Below, piece after piece: positions 1 to 12,834 of a DNA stretch of 64,000 bases; the first letter of the stretch is position 1; every line of letters starts with the position of its first letter. The DNA is from Negaprion brevirostris (Eukaryota). A model generated the notes under the pieces. It did not search any database, was not told the DNA's origin, and worked only from the letters and a program-made list of their open reading frames with translations. The stretch covers positions 49,572,833-49,636,832 of the forward strand of contig JARDVH010000110.1 of the NCBI GenBank assembly GCA_030324005.1, given 5' to 3'. A program made the translations under genes and the position numbers.

Positions 1-1902
1 TCAACTTCACATTCCCGTATACCTTTCATAAAGAATCCAGCTACCTCTGTCTTAAAGAATTCAAGGCTTTGTCTCAACCACTTTTTGAGGAACAGAATTC
101 CAAAAGATCACAACACTCAAGAGAATTTTTTTTTCACCTCTGTCCTAAATGGACATCCCATTATTTTGAAACAATAACCCTGAGTTCTATATTCTGCCAG
201 AAGAGGAAACATCCTTCCAACATTGACCCTGAAGATAAAGACCCACTGCAGAACTCTCATTCCTACGTAGTTGCCATCCTTGAATCAAGGGATAGCTGAC
301 AAGATAGTAAACCAAAAGCTTGGTCAGAGGTGGATTTTACAGTGTCTTTGTGTGAGACAGAAATGGAAGCACAGTGTTTTTAGGGAAAAAAATTCCAGAG
401 TTTAAGGTCTGGCAGTGAAGACTTCCATGAATAGTGGAACAAAGAAAAATCTGGATGCGCAAGAGGTTAGAATAGGAGGAATGCTGTTATTCCAGAGATT
501 ATGGGGCTGGAGATTACAGACATAGAAAAGGGTAAAGCCATGGAGGAACTGAAAACAAAGATGAGAAAGTTAAAATTGCCAGACTGAGGAACAATGTAAG
601 GTGGCAAGTTGAGGGGTGAGGGGTGAAGGGTGAACAGAACTTTATGCGAGTTAAGATGTGGCTGCAGAGTTTTGGATCAAAATATTGGAGTAATTCCAGC
701 CTTAAAATAAAGACTAAACTAAGTCTTTACAAGGCTAATAAGTCTTTAAAGGCTAAACTAATAACAGTTAATAATTATTCACCCTTTTTAAAATGGATAC
801 CTCATTGGCCATTCTACAACAGTCAGTAACATATCAACACAACAAAAGTTTTTGGAGAAGAAAATCAGCTGTGGTGTAAAATAGTCAATTAATTTACAAA
901 GAGCCCATTTGTGTGACTAGCACAACCAATTTCACCCTCTGGGTTATTTTCGGCTGCTCGCCTCAGTGAAGATGAGGAGCTGATTTTTGTTTTGCTATCA
1001 GCTGAACAAGAGTTCAACCAGTTGCACAAAACTGACTAAAACTGTTTCTATCTGGCTAACCTATACTCAAATCAGGAAGTGTTTGATCTGAGCATTTTAA
1101 CACAACAGGCCAACATCCTCATGCAGACAAAACATTAATTCTGAAAATGAAATTTCAGACAATAGTGAGTTTTTCCAAAATCTCAACTTTTCATATAGAT
1201 CAAAATGTTTTTTGTAAGTTACGTTAGAAAAAAGGGTGATACGGGAAAGCAATAAGCCAACATATAATGGGCGGATCTCACTAAATACAGCATTGATATG
1301 AGAGTTTTGAATGATAGCCATAATGTGGATAACATTATTGAAAAAAAAAAGTTCATGTACAAAAAAATTCTCAAGGGAAATTAGGAAGGATATTTTTGTA
1401 ATTAATTTATAAAATCCCTCTATTTTCTTTCCAGAACACCTTGGCATTGCCATACCACATAATTACAGTGGGCGGGATGTTGGGTTGATGACTTGCTCCC
1501 AGGCTTCTGTCAATGCTATATTTCAACTAGTTCCTAAGGAATGCAGGAAACAGACTGACAACAATCCTCCAATTGAATTGTACTTGTTTCAGGATATTAC
1601 CAGGCTCCTACTTAATGCCTCCTACAGCTGACCAAGATCAGCAACTCAACAAGGGAGATGAAAAATGGTGAACAGGAAACAACAATTCTTGTCCAGACTG
1701 TTGTAAGGTGTGCAAAATCATGTCATCAAAAAGATAAAGGGTGTTTTAATCTATCCCTGCAAAACTAAATAAAAGTAATATCACAATATAACATTTGGAA
1801 TCTTTAATCATGTACATGAAGGTGACACACAAATTGAACACAGCATACAAGGAAACAAGCATGCAATACAAGAACATGGACACAGGACTGATGGATACTC
1901 AC

Positions 1903-1917
1903 TATAAAAACCTGCAG
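1903..1917 (-). CDS. RAPGEF6: 15-nt alternative microexon of RAPGEF6, phase 1-1, (A)AGFY(x)
   Basis: cacatcacag|CTGCAGGTTTTTATA|gtgagt; frame-preserving; resembles the AVGFYY insert I recall at this position in a mammalian RAPGEF6 isoform. Confidence 0.75.
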
Positions 1918-2714
1918 CTGTGATGTGGATAGTTTAGGAGCAGAACAGATAAAAAGGAAATTACACAATATTCAAATCAATTTCTGAAAAGTCACAAAGT
2001 AATTACAATAACCAGCTCAACTGCAAGAATTTCAATCATGCGAAGCGACGATCATACATTTTGCATTAATAAAATTGTCTTAAATGTTGTATTCATTTTA
2101 ATCAACAAGGTTATTAATTTAGCTTTTGTTGAGAAATAAACTCTTAGAAAGCAATCTTATCAGAAACTAACATTTAGATTCTTTTGATTCATTGGGAAAT
2201 TTGATATTTAGAAAGACCTATGGCCAATTTCTTTTTGAGTGTTTAAGAAAATGGGGCGGCATTATGTTAACATTGGTAAACATGTCAATTTATGAAACTT
2301 TGTAAAAGTGTTCCACAAAAGGTAAAACTTACATCGTGCTTTTACAAGCACCAGCATCTCAAAACAATTTACAGCCAAAGTGCAGTAGGAAGTAATGTAG
2401 GAAATATGACAGCCAATTTGTGCACATCAAGCTACCACAAACAGCAATGTGATAATGACCAGATAATCTGATTTTTCAAACCAACATTTGGTTCTGTGCA
2501 CCTCTTGGAACTATTTTTTTTCCAAAACAGTTTTATAATTTAATATATTTTTTCCTAAACTCATTTGAAATAAATATACAAGATTGTTGATTTTCATTTC
2601 CAAAATGCCCCACGTGAACCAAAAGTTGGAACTGCATGGAACCTTGAGAGGTGCACATAACTAAATTTTTAGTAACCATCTGTGCAACTTTTCAATAATC
2701 TGTTCAAAAGAATA

Positions 2715-3105
2715 TCAGCCAACTGATCAATGGACAGAAAGCAGAGAGTAAGAATAAATGGGTCATTCTCAGGTTGGCAGGCTGTGACTAGTGGGATACC
2801 GCAAGGATTAATGCTTGGGGCCCATCTATCACAATCTATATCAATGGTTAGGATGTGGGACCAAATGTAACATTTTCAAGTTTGCTGATGGCAAAAGACT
2901 GGGTGAGAATGTGAGTAGTGAGGAAGATGCAAAGGGATTCAGACAGGCTGAGTGAGTGGGCAAAAACATGGCAGATGGAATATAACATGAAAAAATATTA
3001 TCCATTTTGGTAGGACAAAACAAAAATGCAGATATTTCTTAAATGGTGAGAGATTGAGCAGTGTTGATATCCAAAGGCACCTGGGTGTCCTTGTTCACGA
3101 GTCCA
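2715..3105 (+). mobile_element. CR1 LINE RT fragment
   Basis: RKQRVRINGSFSGWQAVTSGIPQG and KFAD-like coding remnants. Confidence 0.75.
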
Positions 3106-3846
3106 TGTGACCTGGCGACCCTTGACCTGGAAGCAGTATCAACAGGAAGGAAGTTTAGACAGAAGCCATACGGCTGGAGGAAGCAAAGGAAAGTTGCAAG
3201 ACAAATCAGAGTTGAAGGCCGAAAATAATCAGCACACAGATGCAGACACAAAGAGAAAGCAGACAGACACAGATGTAAATGACTCTCAGGAGGAGGTCAG
3301 TTTTTCTGTTTGGCAAAAGGATCTCTAGAGGCAGTATGTGAGCTGACTAAAAATGTTCAAAACCTGGAAGGCTTTGTGAATAGTTCAGAGACCCTAACCA
3401 TCTGAGTGGCTACACCATGAACCATGTGTTATTCATTGAAAAGGAACTCTGGAGAACTAAACCATCAGGACTGTCATGAACCAGGGAGAGAAAGGATTTA
3501 TAAAAGAATATATTTGCCGATGGTAAAGGCTGTTGTCAGATATAATTCCTGACCTATCCTGTATGAATAAAAAACAGCATATCGTGGAACTGTGTAGCTC
3601 CATAGTACTTCATGAATGCTGGGTGTGATGTGGGTACTTGTGGTTGCGCAAAATGTATCTTAGGTATATCAACTATTTGAAGTGAAATTTATATTTTTAC
3701 TTTCAACAGCATTTTCTTGTGAATGTTTAATTAACCTGGATTCTAATTTGTGTTACAAAAAGTGAAATCTTGTTGGCAATTTCCTCTGGGGGTTTTTCAG
3801 TAAATTTAGTTATCTGGTTTATTGTTTCCCCATTGGGAGCATAACA
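3106..3846 (+). mobile_element. Possible solo LTR interrupting the CR1 fragment
   Basis: Starts TGTGA and ends TAACA, abutting the end of the CR1 homology; no clear TSD. Confidence 0.3.
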
Positions 3847-4257
3847 AAATAGTATCGCCTCTTTTTTAAAAATTAGCCCCTCAATGTAGGGCCTCAATAT
3901 TGCATAAGCTCTACAAAAACCCTTGGAAGTTCAACATTTCTCACTGCAATATTGCAGGATGTTCTGAAGACATGCAGATTTTTTCTTCCTTCCTTGCGTT
4001 ACTTGGTAAAGCAAGTTTTAAAAACAACTTTTTTTAAAATTACACTGAATTTTGAACAGTTTGTAAATTTTTAAAAAATAACATTTTAAATGTAAATAAA
4101 GAAATANNNNNNNNNNNNNNNNNNNNNNNNNNNNNNNNNNNNNNNNNNNNNNNNNNNNNNNNNNNNNNNNNNNNNNNNNNNNNNNNNNNNNNNNNNNNNN
4201 NNNNNNATAACATTTTAAATGTAAATAAAGAAATATTTCTAGGTTTTGATTATTTAC

Positions 4258-4415
4258 CTGCAGGATTTGTGAAATCAAGCATGCTAGTAGCAGGTTGCAA
4301 CAGGTCAGGGCTACTAGAGGAAAGTGTTCCAGGGAACGGCATTATAGCAACACTGTGTCTGAACTGCCTTGTTCCAACAATGCTGTCATCCTGTGACTGA
4401 CTCATTCCAGCATCA
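4258..4415 (-). CDS. RAPGEF6: RAPGEF6 exon, 158 nt, phase 2-1: DAGMSQSQDDSIVGTRQFRHSVAIMPFPGTLSSSSPDLLQPATSMLDFTNPA
   Basis: ggtccacag|T ... GCAG|gtaaat; manual translation. Confidence 0.94.
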
Positions 4416-7400
4416 CTGTGGACCATTAAAAACAGTTGTGGTTAAAGTAAATAAATTTAAACTGTACCCAATCAGCAGCAATGTTAGCACATTCACAGTT
4501 CTGAATTTGGATAAGTTGTGGCTCTTCACTTTCCTAATTTAAAATTATGAAAAAATATCTACAAAATTTAAATCAGAATTTAACAATTCATTATGTTTCA
4601 CATTTTACTGCACTCATAGCTTGCAATAAAGAATACTTAATGGTCATAAACTTAGCTATATTTGGGAGGGATGGACAAAGATTACCAAGCAAGTCACCCT
4701 GAGCTGCTGTTGGGCAACTTCTGGTGACTGGTTGCAGACTGAAGCTATCATAGGATGAAGGACCAGATCACTCGCTTGCTCTCTCTCTGTCCTGGGAAAT
4801 GAAGCATGTTATAGGGAGTCTAGTAAGACAGTAAAATGGTGCTCAACATTTAAAGAATGAAGAAAGAATGTTAAAAACAGACCTTCTGTTTAAATGTTAA
4901 GGACTGTAACTCAACTGCATAAGATGCAAGTAGAACATATTGCCAGAGATGTACATATTTCATATATATGCCCTATGTAGCATGACGTTTCAAAACAGGG
5001 GTCAACATTTAAATTAAGTCAGTTGAACTGGGCTATGAAAATTTACATGTAGAAAGTGCATTCAGTTATCTGCTTCTAATGTAGCGATCAAACCAGCGCT
5101 ACATTGTACCATGGTACAAGCTCAAAAAGTTCTGCTGCTGGGCTACTAAAAACAGATAACCCAACAAATATCAATTTAGAAAGAAATATTTAATTTCATC
5201 CTTGCACAGAAATGGAAATAACGCAATTAGCGGCAATTGGGTCCATTAAGTGATTTGTATGTAAAGCTTTTAATAAATTAAGTATCTTACCAAAACAGTC
5301 CCCTGTATGGGTTATGCAATCACAGAAAAAAGACAACATTTAACATGAGATGGATTATATTAGAATAAATAAGACAAGGATAAACAGCTGAATGCTATTT
5401 TCACAACATAAACCAACAAATTTGATAGTACTTCAAAATTTTTGATATAACGGAATCAACAATTGGAGGGGCAACACATATGCGTTGAGGAAATCAAGGG
5501 AATAAGAATAAATAACCTAAAAAGGATTCATGTTCATAACCTCTCAAAAACAAAGCAAAGCCATAAAAATGGCTGCAACTCTGCCATTGTTTGCAAAGAA
5601 GTCTGTAAAATGCTCATTGCGACATACTTATTGTTTAGTTTATTTGATCCCTGACATACACAAATGTTTAAATAATTAGAGTTTTTAATGTGATAACCTT
5701 GCAGGCAGCGACTAGTTGCCGACATGTGAATGATCAATGACCAAAAGGTTACTGTAATTTGGCAGTGAAACACCATTGGGAGCAAGTTATTAGGTAAGGT
5801 AATTAGCCATAGTCCACAATGGCATCTCTCTTCATTAGAGAGAGACACAATTGGTTATATTTTGCTTAAGATACACCACTCGTCAAGTATGGGCAAGGTG
5901 AGGAGAAAGGCCTCCATTGACTACCATGGTTGGTACAGGGATAAAACCCATGACATTGGTGTCACTATGGATCACACTCCAACCTCTGAGTCAACTGAGA
6001 TAACCTCAAGTTATCAATAGTGAATATTGATAATTCTGATAATGGGATCAGCACTAAAAATGGAAGCTTGGAGCCTTCATGCTATTTAGTTGGTTACAGG
6101 AAGAATTATTCCCAGGTCAGTTCTGGTAGAGAGCAGTGCTGACAGCAAACCTCCTCCCTTTTCACCTGCCTTCTTAAAAACAGATGGCCTGGGCAACTTG
6201 AGAAGAAAATTTGATGCATTTTCTTTTAAAATAGTCATTTCTTTTCTGTGACAAGTGAGAAAAAAAAGCAATAAAAATAACTGAAGTGACTCAAAGAAAT
6301 CTATGAGAAACCTCAGGAAGCCGACTGCAAGATGATACAATGAAACAAATAGTTTTAATGGCTCATATATACGAGCACCTGTGTAAGCCTTCAACTCCCA
6401 CACATGCAGATTTTTAAAATTTTAATTATCATGTTTGCCATCTCATGCACTTGAACGATGTGCTTTGAATTTACACAATGTTCTCATTCAAAGTACTTGA
6501 AAAAGTGACCACATTTCAGAAACGTAGCCCTGTCACACCAACAATACTGTAATTGAAATGTGGAAAATTGATGGCATACCTTTTTGCCCTTCTGCTTCCC
6601 TACCATTAAAAATTCAAAACCCACCTGTTAATTTTTTGTCTAATGTGCCAGTTCATTTCCACAAAGCCATTACCCTCCCTCAAATCAACTATTCTAGCAA
6701 GAATATGGACACTTGCCAGCACTTCATTAAGACACTTCAACAGGTGCGAGAGCCCAAACCTCTTCTCATACTTTTCTTTTGCCAGATGTTCTAAGATTAG
6801 GCGTGTATGCTCTAGGGAAGTGTCGTATATCAGCACCCCTATGACAGTTCATTGTACTTTCCTCAAATGTTAGTACACCAATGCCACAAAGCTGGCTTAC
6901 ACTGGGTTAATTTAAAATAAAAAGTCGCAACGCCGCAGTGATGAGCTAATGCTAAGTTTGCTTAATTNNNNNNNNNNTGATCAAAAATTCAATTCAGCAT
7001 CTCTGTCCAAAAGAACCTTGTGGAATTCGGTTATTAAGCAACAGATCAGAAATCAAAATGAGTGCAAAGTTGGAAAGAAGAGAAAATGTTACTTTTGTGA
7101 AGAAAGTGAAATACATCAACCTAGTCCTTTTAACACGATATTGCCACTTTACATAAAACTAAAAGAATACAATGGGCCAATTGTTCCAGTGCTGCATCAC
7201 TGTAGCATGTGCACCCAAAATAGTTTAACTCATCCATTGGGCGAGATTTTCCACAAACCACATGGTACATTTTGCGGAGGTAGCTTGCTTTTGGCTGGCA
7301 GCAGGATGTTCCGGTCCCGTCGCTGATAACAGAATTTCCCATTGTTCGCATCCTCTGCTGCAACAGAACCCATGGAAGGCGGCAGCCATCAGCGAGACCA

Positions 7401-8689
7401 GAAGATTCAGCCGGTAGGAATGTCAAAAAATCCCACCCACTAATGTGAGGACAGGTCAATTAAATACTGTAATTATTTAACCCTTGCATGAAGTCATGCC
7501 TGCTGCCTATAAAGTTATAATATTTTATGGACTGAAGATGGTCTTGGAACCAGCCAAGAAATTAGCAAGGGTGGGCCAGTTATCAGGACACGGTCCCATT
7601 CTTTATATTAAAAAATGAGATCTTAACTGCAGCATTTTCAATGAACAGGCCATGGATACATTGCCATATTATGGAGAGAACACTTAATACATAGGAAGCA
7701 TTGAGCCTTCATAAGTCTTAAGTACATTTGTGTGTAATTTTCTATCACATAGTGCACAAAGGTCAGGGACAGTCCTGGTAGTTTTTAACTCCCTCTTTGA
7801 CTCATTCCCCAAAATACAAAAGACTGTTCCGGCACAGCCATTATTTCAATGGTAGCCATTGTTCCACTGAACCAAATAAAAACAAATTATTGCTGATGCT
7901 GGAATCTGAAACCAAAAGAAAAAACGCTGGAAAATCTAAGCAGGTCTCAGCATAGAACATAGAACTTTACAGCGCAGAACAGGCCCTTCGGCCCACGATG
8001 TTGCGCCGACCAATTAAGAAAAAAGCAATGACCCTCTAACCTANNNNNNNNNNNNNNNNNNNNNNNNNNNNNNNNNNNNNNNNNNNNNNNNNNNNNNNNN
8101 NNNNNNNNNNNNNNNNNNNNNNNNNNNNNNNNNNNNNNNNNNNCTACCTGAGCCCTCAAGCCTCATCCTGACATAAGCCTCCTTTTTCCTTTTAACCAGT
8201 GAATCAACTTTTTTAGTGCAGACTGCTGAGGTTTTCCAGCATTTTCTTTTTTGGTTCCACTGAACCAGTTTCTTCTTACTTTGGTTTTCTACTTTTGTTC
8301 ATTTAACAACTAAAAATTTTCTGATGTCACATTAGGAATTTCAGCTCCCTGGGCTCAGTGAAGTTTGGTGAAAATGCCATGCGATCTTTAAAGGGAAAGT
8401 TAAAACTTTAACATTGCAATTTAATGTGTAGTCTCCCAATACACAAAGTATGATACAAGGTTTGTCAATGTTTTAAATATGAAATGTAAAGCTCCCATAT
8501 CTAAAATGTTGCTGCTTCATGCTGTTTTAAGAAAATAAAAAGTTAATATGCAATTTTGTTACTGATTGTATTTCTCTAAGGCCAAGCGCTCATTATTCCT
8601 GTAGCTTCCCCATCTACAACAGCCATATACAATTGTTCTTTCACTTTCCCTTCCCACTATGTATATGACTGTCCTTAACATAACTGCAG

Positions 8690-9807
8690 TATTTGGCCAA
8701 GTGTGGCACCATGGAGTCCTAGCAAAACTGAAGACATTGGAAATCGGGGGAGAAAACGTTCTGTTAGCTGGCACAAAGGAAGATGGTTGGAGGGCAATCA
8801 TCTCAGCTCCAGGCATCACTGCAGAAGTTCCTCAGGGCAGTGAATTAGGCCCACCCATTTTTAGCTCCTTCCATTAAATGAGAAGTGTGATTACAGATGA
8901 CTGCACAATGTTCAGTGCCATCCGTGACTTCTCAGATACTGAAACAGTCCATTTCCAAATGCAGCAAGACCTGGACCATATTCGGGCTTGGGCTGACTTG
9001 TAGCAAGTAACACTTGCACCACACAAGTGTCAGGCAATGGCCATCTCCAACAAGAGAGGATCTAACTATTGCCCCTTGACATTCAATGGCATTTCCATTG
9101 CTGAATCCTTCATTATCAACATACTGGNNNNNNNNNNNNNNNNNNNNNNNNNNNNNNNNNNNNNNNNNNNNNNNNNNNNNNNNNNNNNNNNNNNNNNNNN
9201 NNNNNNNNNNNNNNNNNNNNNNNNNNNAGAAACTGAACTGGACTAGCCACATAAATACTGTGGCTGCTACTGACCACACTACCTCCCCCATCATCTACAA
9301 GGTACAAGTTAGGAGAGTAATGGAATACTTGCATGCCTGGATGACTACAGCTCCAACAAGCTGACAAGCATTCAAGAAGCTGACAGCGTTCAGGACAAAG
9401 CAGCTCCTGCTTGATTGTTACCTCTCCTACAAATGTGCAATCCCTCTACCAGCAACGCACAGTGGCAGCAATATGTATCATCTACAAGATGCACTGCAGG
9501 AACTCACCAAGGCAGCAATTTCCAAACACCACACCATTTAAAGGATATGAACAGCAGATACCTGGGAATACCACCATCTGGAGGTTCCCCTCCAAGTCAC
9601 TCACCATCCTAATTTGGAAATATATCACCGTTCTTTTACTGCTGCTGGGTCTAAATCCTGCCATTCCCTCCTGAATAGTAATGGGTGGATCTGCACCTCT
9701 GACTGCAGCGGTTCAAGAAGACAAATCACCACCATTTCCTAAAATGCAACTTGGGATAGAAACTGGTCGAGCAAGTTATGTCCACATCCCGTAAATGAAT
9801 AAAAAAG
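8690..9807 (+). mobile_element. CR1-group LINE, 3' part (RT remnant and tail)
   Basis: VPQGSELGP RT motif in ORF 8659..8877; KLNWTSHINTVA; ends aaatgaataaaaaa. Confidence 0.8.
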
Positions 9808-10984
9808 TTAAACCGTTTTCAGACTTCAGAAGCAACATTATCAGGATGACCTTCAAAGCTGTTGAAAAAAAAATGGAGAACCAGCAGACTGATTTGTCAA
9901 GTGTCCCCTATTACATTGTGTTTGCAGAAGAGAAAAATGAAAGGAATATTCTAGTGAAGGTTCTTAAACATGATAAATTAATAAAAGCAAGATCAAAAAA
10001 TAATATGTCTGCCTTCTGCTATTTTTGATGCTTTGGTATTTTAACAGCCATTTCACACATCCAGATTGCTATACTTGAATCATATCCAGAACTTGCATTT
10101 ATTTCAAGAGAGACAATGGCATAGTTTTGCCCAAAATCATTTTCAGTTGTTCCTGGGGGCAGTATCACTAAAGTTTGAGAAGTGCTGAGTATTTTTTTTA
10201 ATCATCTCACAATCTTCCTACATTTTGGTCATAGCTATTACTCTCTTGATGGATTGCTTGATGAGACAAAAAGTCCATTAGCTTGCAGGTTATTTTCACA
10301 CACTACAGCGTTCTACAATTAATTATGAAAACTGGATTGCAGGTTTTAAGCTTCTAAATGTGTGCAGCAACACATGTAAAAAAACTGCAATTTAGAACTT
10401 ACTTTCGCAAATAATGATACATGTACAAAATTTTGCAAAACTTAAAAGACTGTTGGGATAATGCTCTGGAACTTTGAACAGTTTCTTTGGAATTTTTGCT
10501 TGACTATCATATTTGATAGACTAGGAAATTATTTATTATTGTCCCATACAGAAGTGTCAATGCATCAAGCTGTGCTGGGAAAGTCAAGATCAACCATGGC
10601 AAAGGAATTGATAATGGGTGAGTGAAGAGGACTGAGGACATAGGGAGGCAATAAAAGCATGTTATTATATAAAGCTATTTGAACTTAATGCTAACTGGTA
10701 TGTATCGGTCTTTTCATATCATACACCATCTGTTGTCAAGAGAATTGGGAAACACTTGATATCGCCATACTTGTAATATTATGAAGTTATTACATGAGCA
10801 AGTATTATTATTCTGCTTATTGACCTTGGCCTTGTGATGGTTCTCCCTCTCTTGTGGGAAAATCCACTGGTACCTACGAAGCATTTTCCTTAAATTGATT
10901 ACTGGAGATCAGGAAAGCTGGGCAAAAACATGTTAATACTTCAGAACCACTAATTCTCATCATACTCCTTCAATGAAGTTTTAA

Positions 10985-11280
10985 AGTTTATTCATTAGTG
11001 CCACATGTAGGCTTACATTAATGAAGTTACTGTGAAAATCCCCCACTCGTCACACTCTGGCACCTGTTCAGGTACGCTGAAGGAGAATTTAGCGTAGCTA
11101 ATGCACCTGACCAGCACATCTTTTTGAACTGTGGGAGGAAACTGGAGCACCCAGTGGAAATCCACGCAGACACAGGGAAAATGTGCAGATTCCGCACAGA
11201 CAGTGATCCAAGCTGGGAATCAAACCCAGGTCCCTGGCACTGTGAGACAGCAGTGCTAACCACTGTGCCACCGTGCTGCT
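10985..11280 (-). mobile_element. tRNA-derived HE1/V-SINE-like element
   Basis: A box tggcacagtggttagc, B box gggtttgattccc, core tgcgtggatttccactgggtgctccagtttcctcccaca. Confidence 0.85.
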
Positions 11281-11520
11281 TTTAGCAACCAAAGTATCTA
11301 AGTTGTCAGCTAATCATCAAAATATTTCAATTGTAAGGCCGAATTTTTCACGCCTGGGGTTAATTGGATATGCTATTGTTTCCAGCACCTCTCCTGTATA
11401 CGCTCCAAATAATGGGGATTAATAACTAGGACTGACTTGCAACTTTTTATTTCTCAAAAGATGGTCAGCCATTAATGGGAATTAATTCACAAATTCATCT
11501 GACTCAAATATTTCACCTAC

Positions 11521-11767
11521 CTGAATGGCTTCGGTGGCAAGATGCTGAAACGTGTCTTGTCAAGTATTTTCCGGATTTTGTTTCGACCACCTGACACCGT
11601 GTTGGCCTTTATCTTCTTGTTGCCCTTCTCAGAAGGGAACATTTGTTCAACGTCTCTATGCAAGTCTGGATGTGAGTAACGATTTCCCTTTTTTTCTGCA
11701 ATTTTAGGGATATGAGGAACTCCATTCTTTTTCTCGTGCATTAGCCTATTTAACAACTCCTTAAAAA
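11521..11767 (-). CDS. RAPGEF6: RAPGEF6 exon, 247 nt, phase 1-2: (V)[26 protein letters not shown]...[13 protein letters not shown](S)
   Basis: ccctactccag|TT ... TTCAG|gtaggt; overlaps ORF 11517..11756. Confidence 0.95.
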
Positions 11768-12834
11768 CTGGAGTAGGGAGGGGAAATCAAGAATTAGTAA
11801 CAGCACAACTTTCATAACCCAAATAGCATTATTTAGAGCTGCCCGGTTCAGTAACTCCTCCCCAAATGTCATAGAACATGTCAAGAATTTTTGCAGCTCA
11901 TATCTCTAAACAGCACCCATTTGTAGCACTCCACCCATCCATCACTCTTTTACACTCTATGTAACTCATGTTGTGGCTGGAAGAGCAAACAGACCACAAT
12001 ATTCATTACTCTTGAACAAGTTACAGGTGATTTTTTATTAAATTTGCAAAGCTCAGTGAAGTCCCTTTGTGTGGATTGAATTGCCTCTCCTTAACGATTC
12101 TCCAATGCAAATGAGAGATTAGGAAATCAACAGAATACAACCCACTGTTGTGCGACACTGCACATGGGTACTCAAAAGTTACTGCCTCGTAAATTTAAGA
12201 TACATACTTGATATGATGTAGCTGGGTTAGGTAACATTTTTCTTAAAAGCAAGCTGCTTTAAACATTAAGCAAATTCCCCTATCTCTGTTGAACATAATA
12301 ATTTGGTAGCATCTGATTTCTCTAGGACAGCTTTTAATACTTTTGTCTGTTATGTTTCATCCCTCTATCTACTGATAGCTCTTTTCATGCACGTCACCAG
12401 GGACCCCTATTATTGAATGGTCACACTGCTTTGCATACTTACACTGCACGTTATCTGCATGTTAATACCAGTATTAAAGAAAACAAAACCAAACACAAAT
12501 CATCACCAACTGTATAAGGCAAGTATACAGCTGAACCAACATAAAATTCAATACAAAATCTTTGCAGGTAGACATCAAAATATTTGAAGCTATTCCAAGT
12601 ACAACTGATTCTAACAGAGTGCTTAGGCTTCAGATTCTTTCCTAATACTGTTTTTGATGTGTGCACAAGCAGATTTTCTACAATAATGCTTTTACCTACA
12701 TAATCTACCTGCAAAAGGAAAATGAAGGAACAAAGCACATACAACAGGAATAAGACAGAGATCATTATTTAGATGGAAATTTATGAGGCTCCCATCCTTA
12801 ATTTCTCCTTTTTTCCTGTCTGGCATGGTATTAC

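Noticed and set aside
1-1900. Next RAPGEF6 exon (xIPDQVIRVFK, RA domain)
   Set aside because: Not found by manual reading; it must lie left of position 1.
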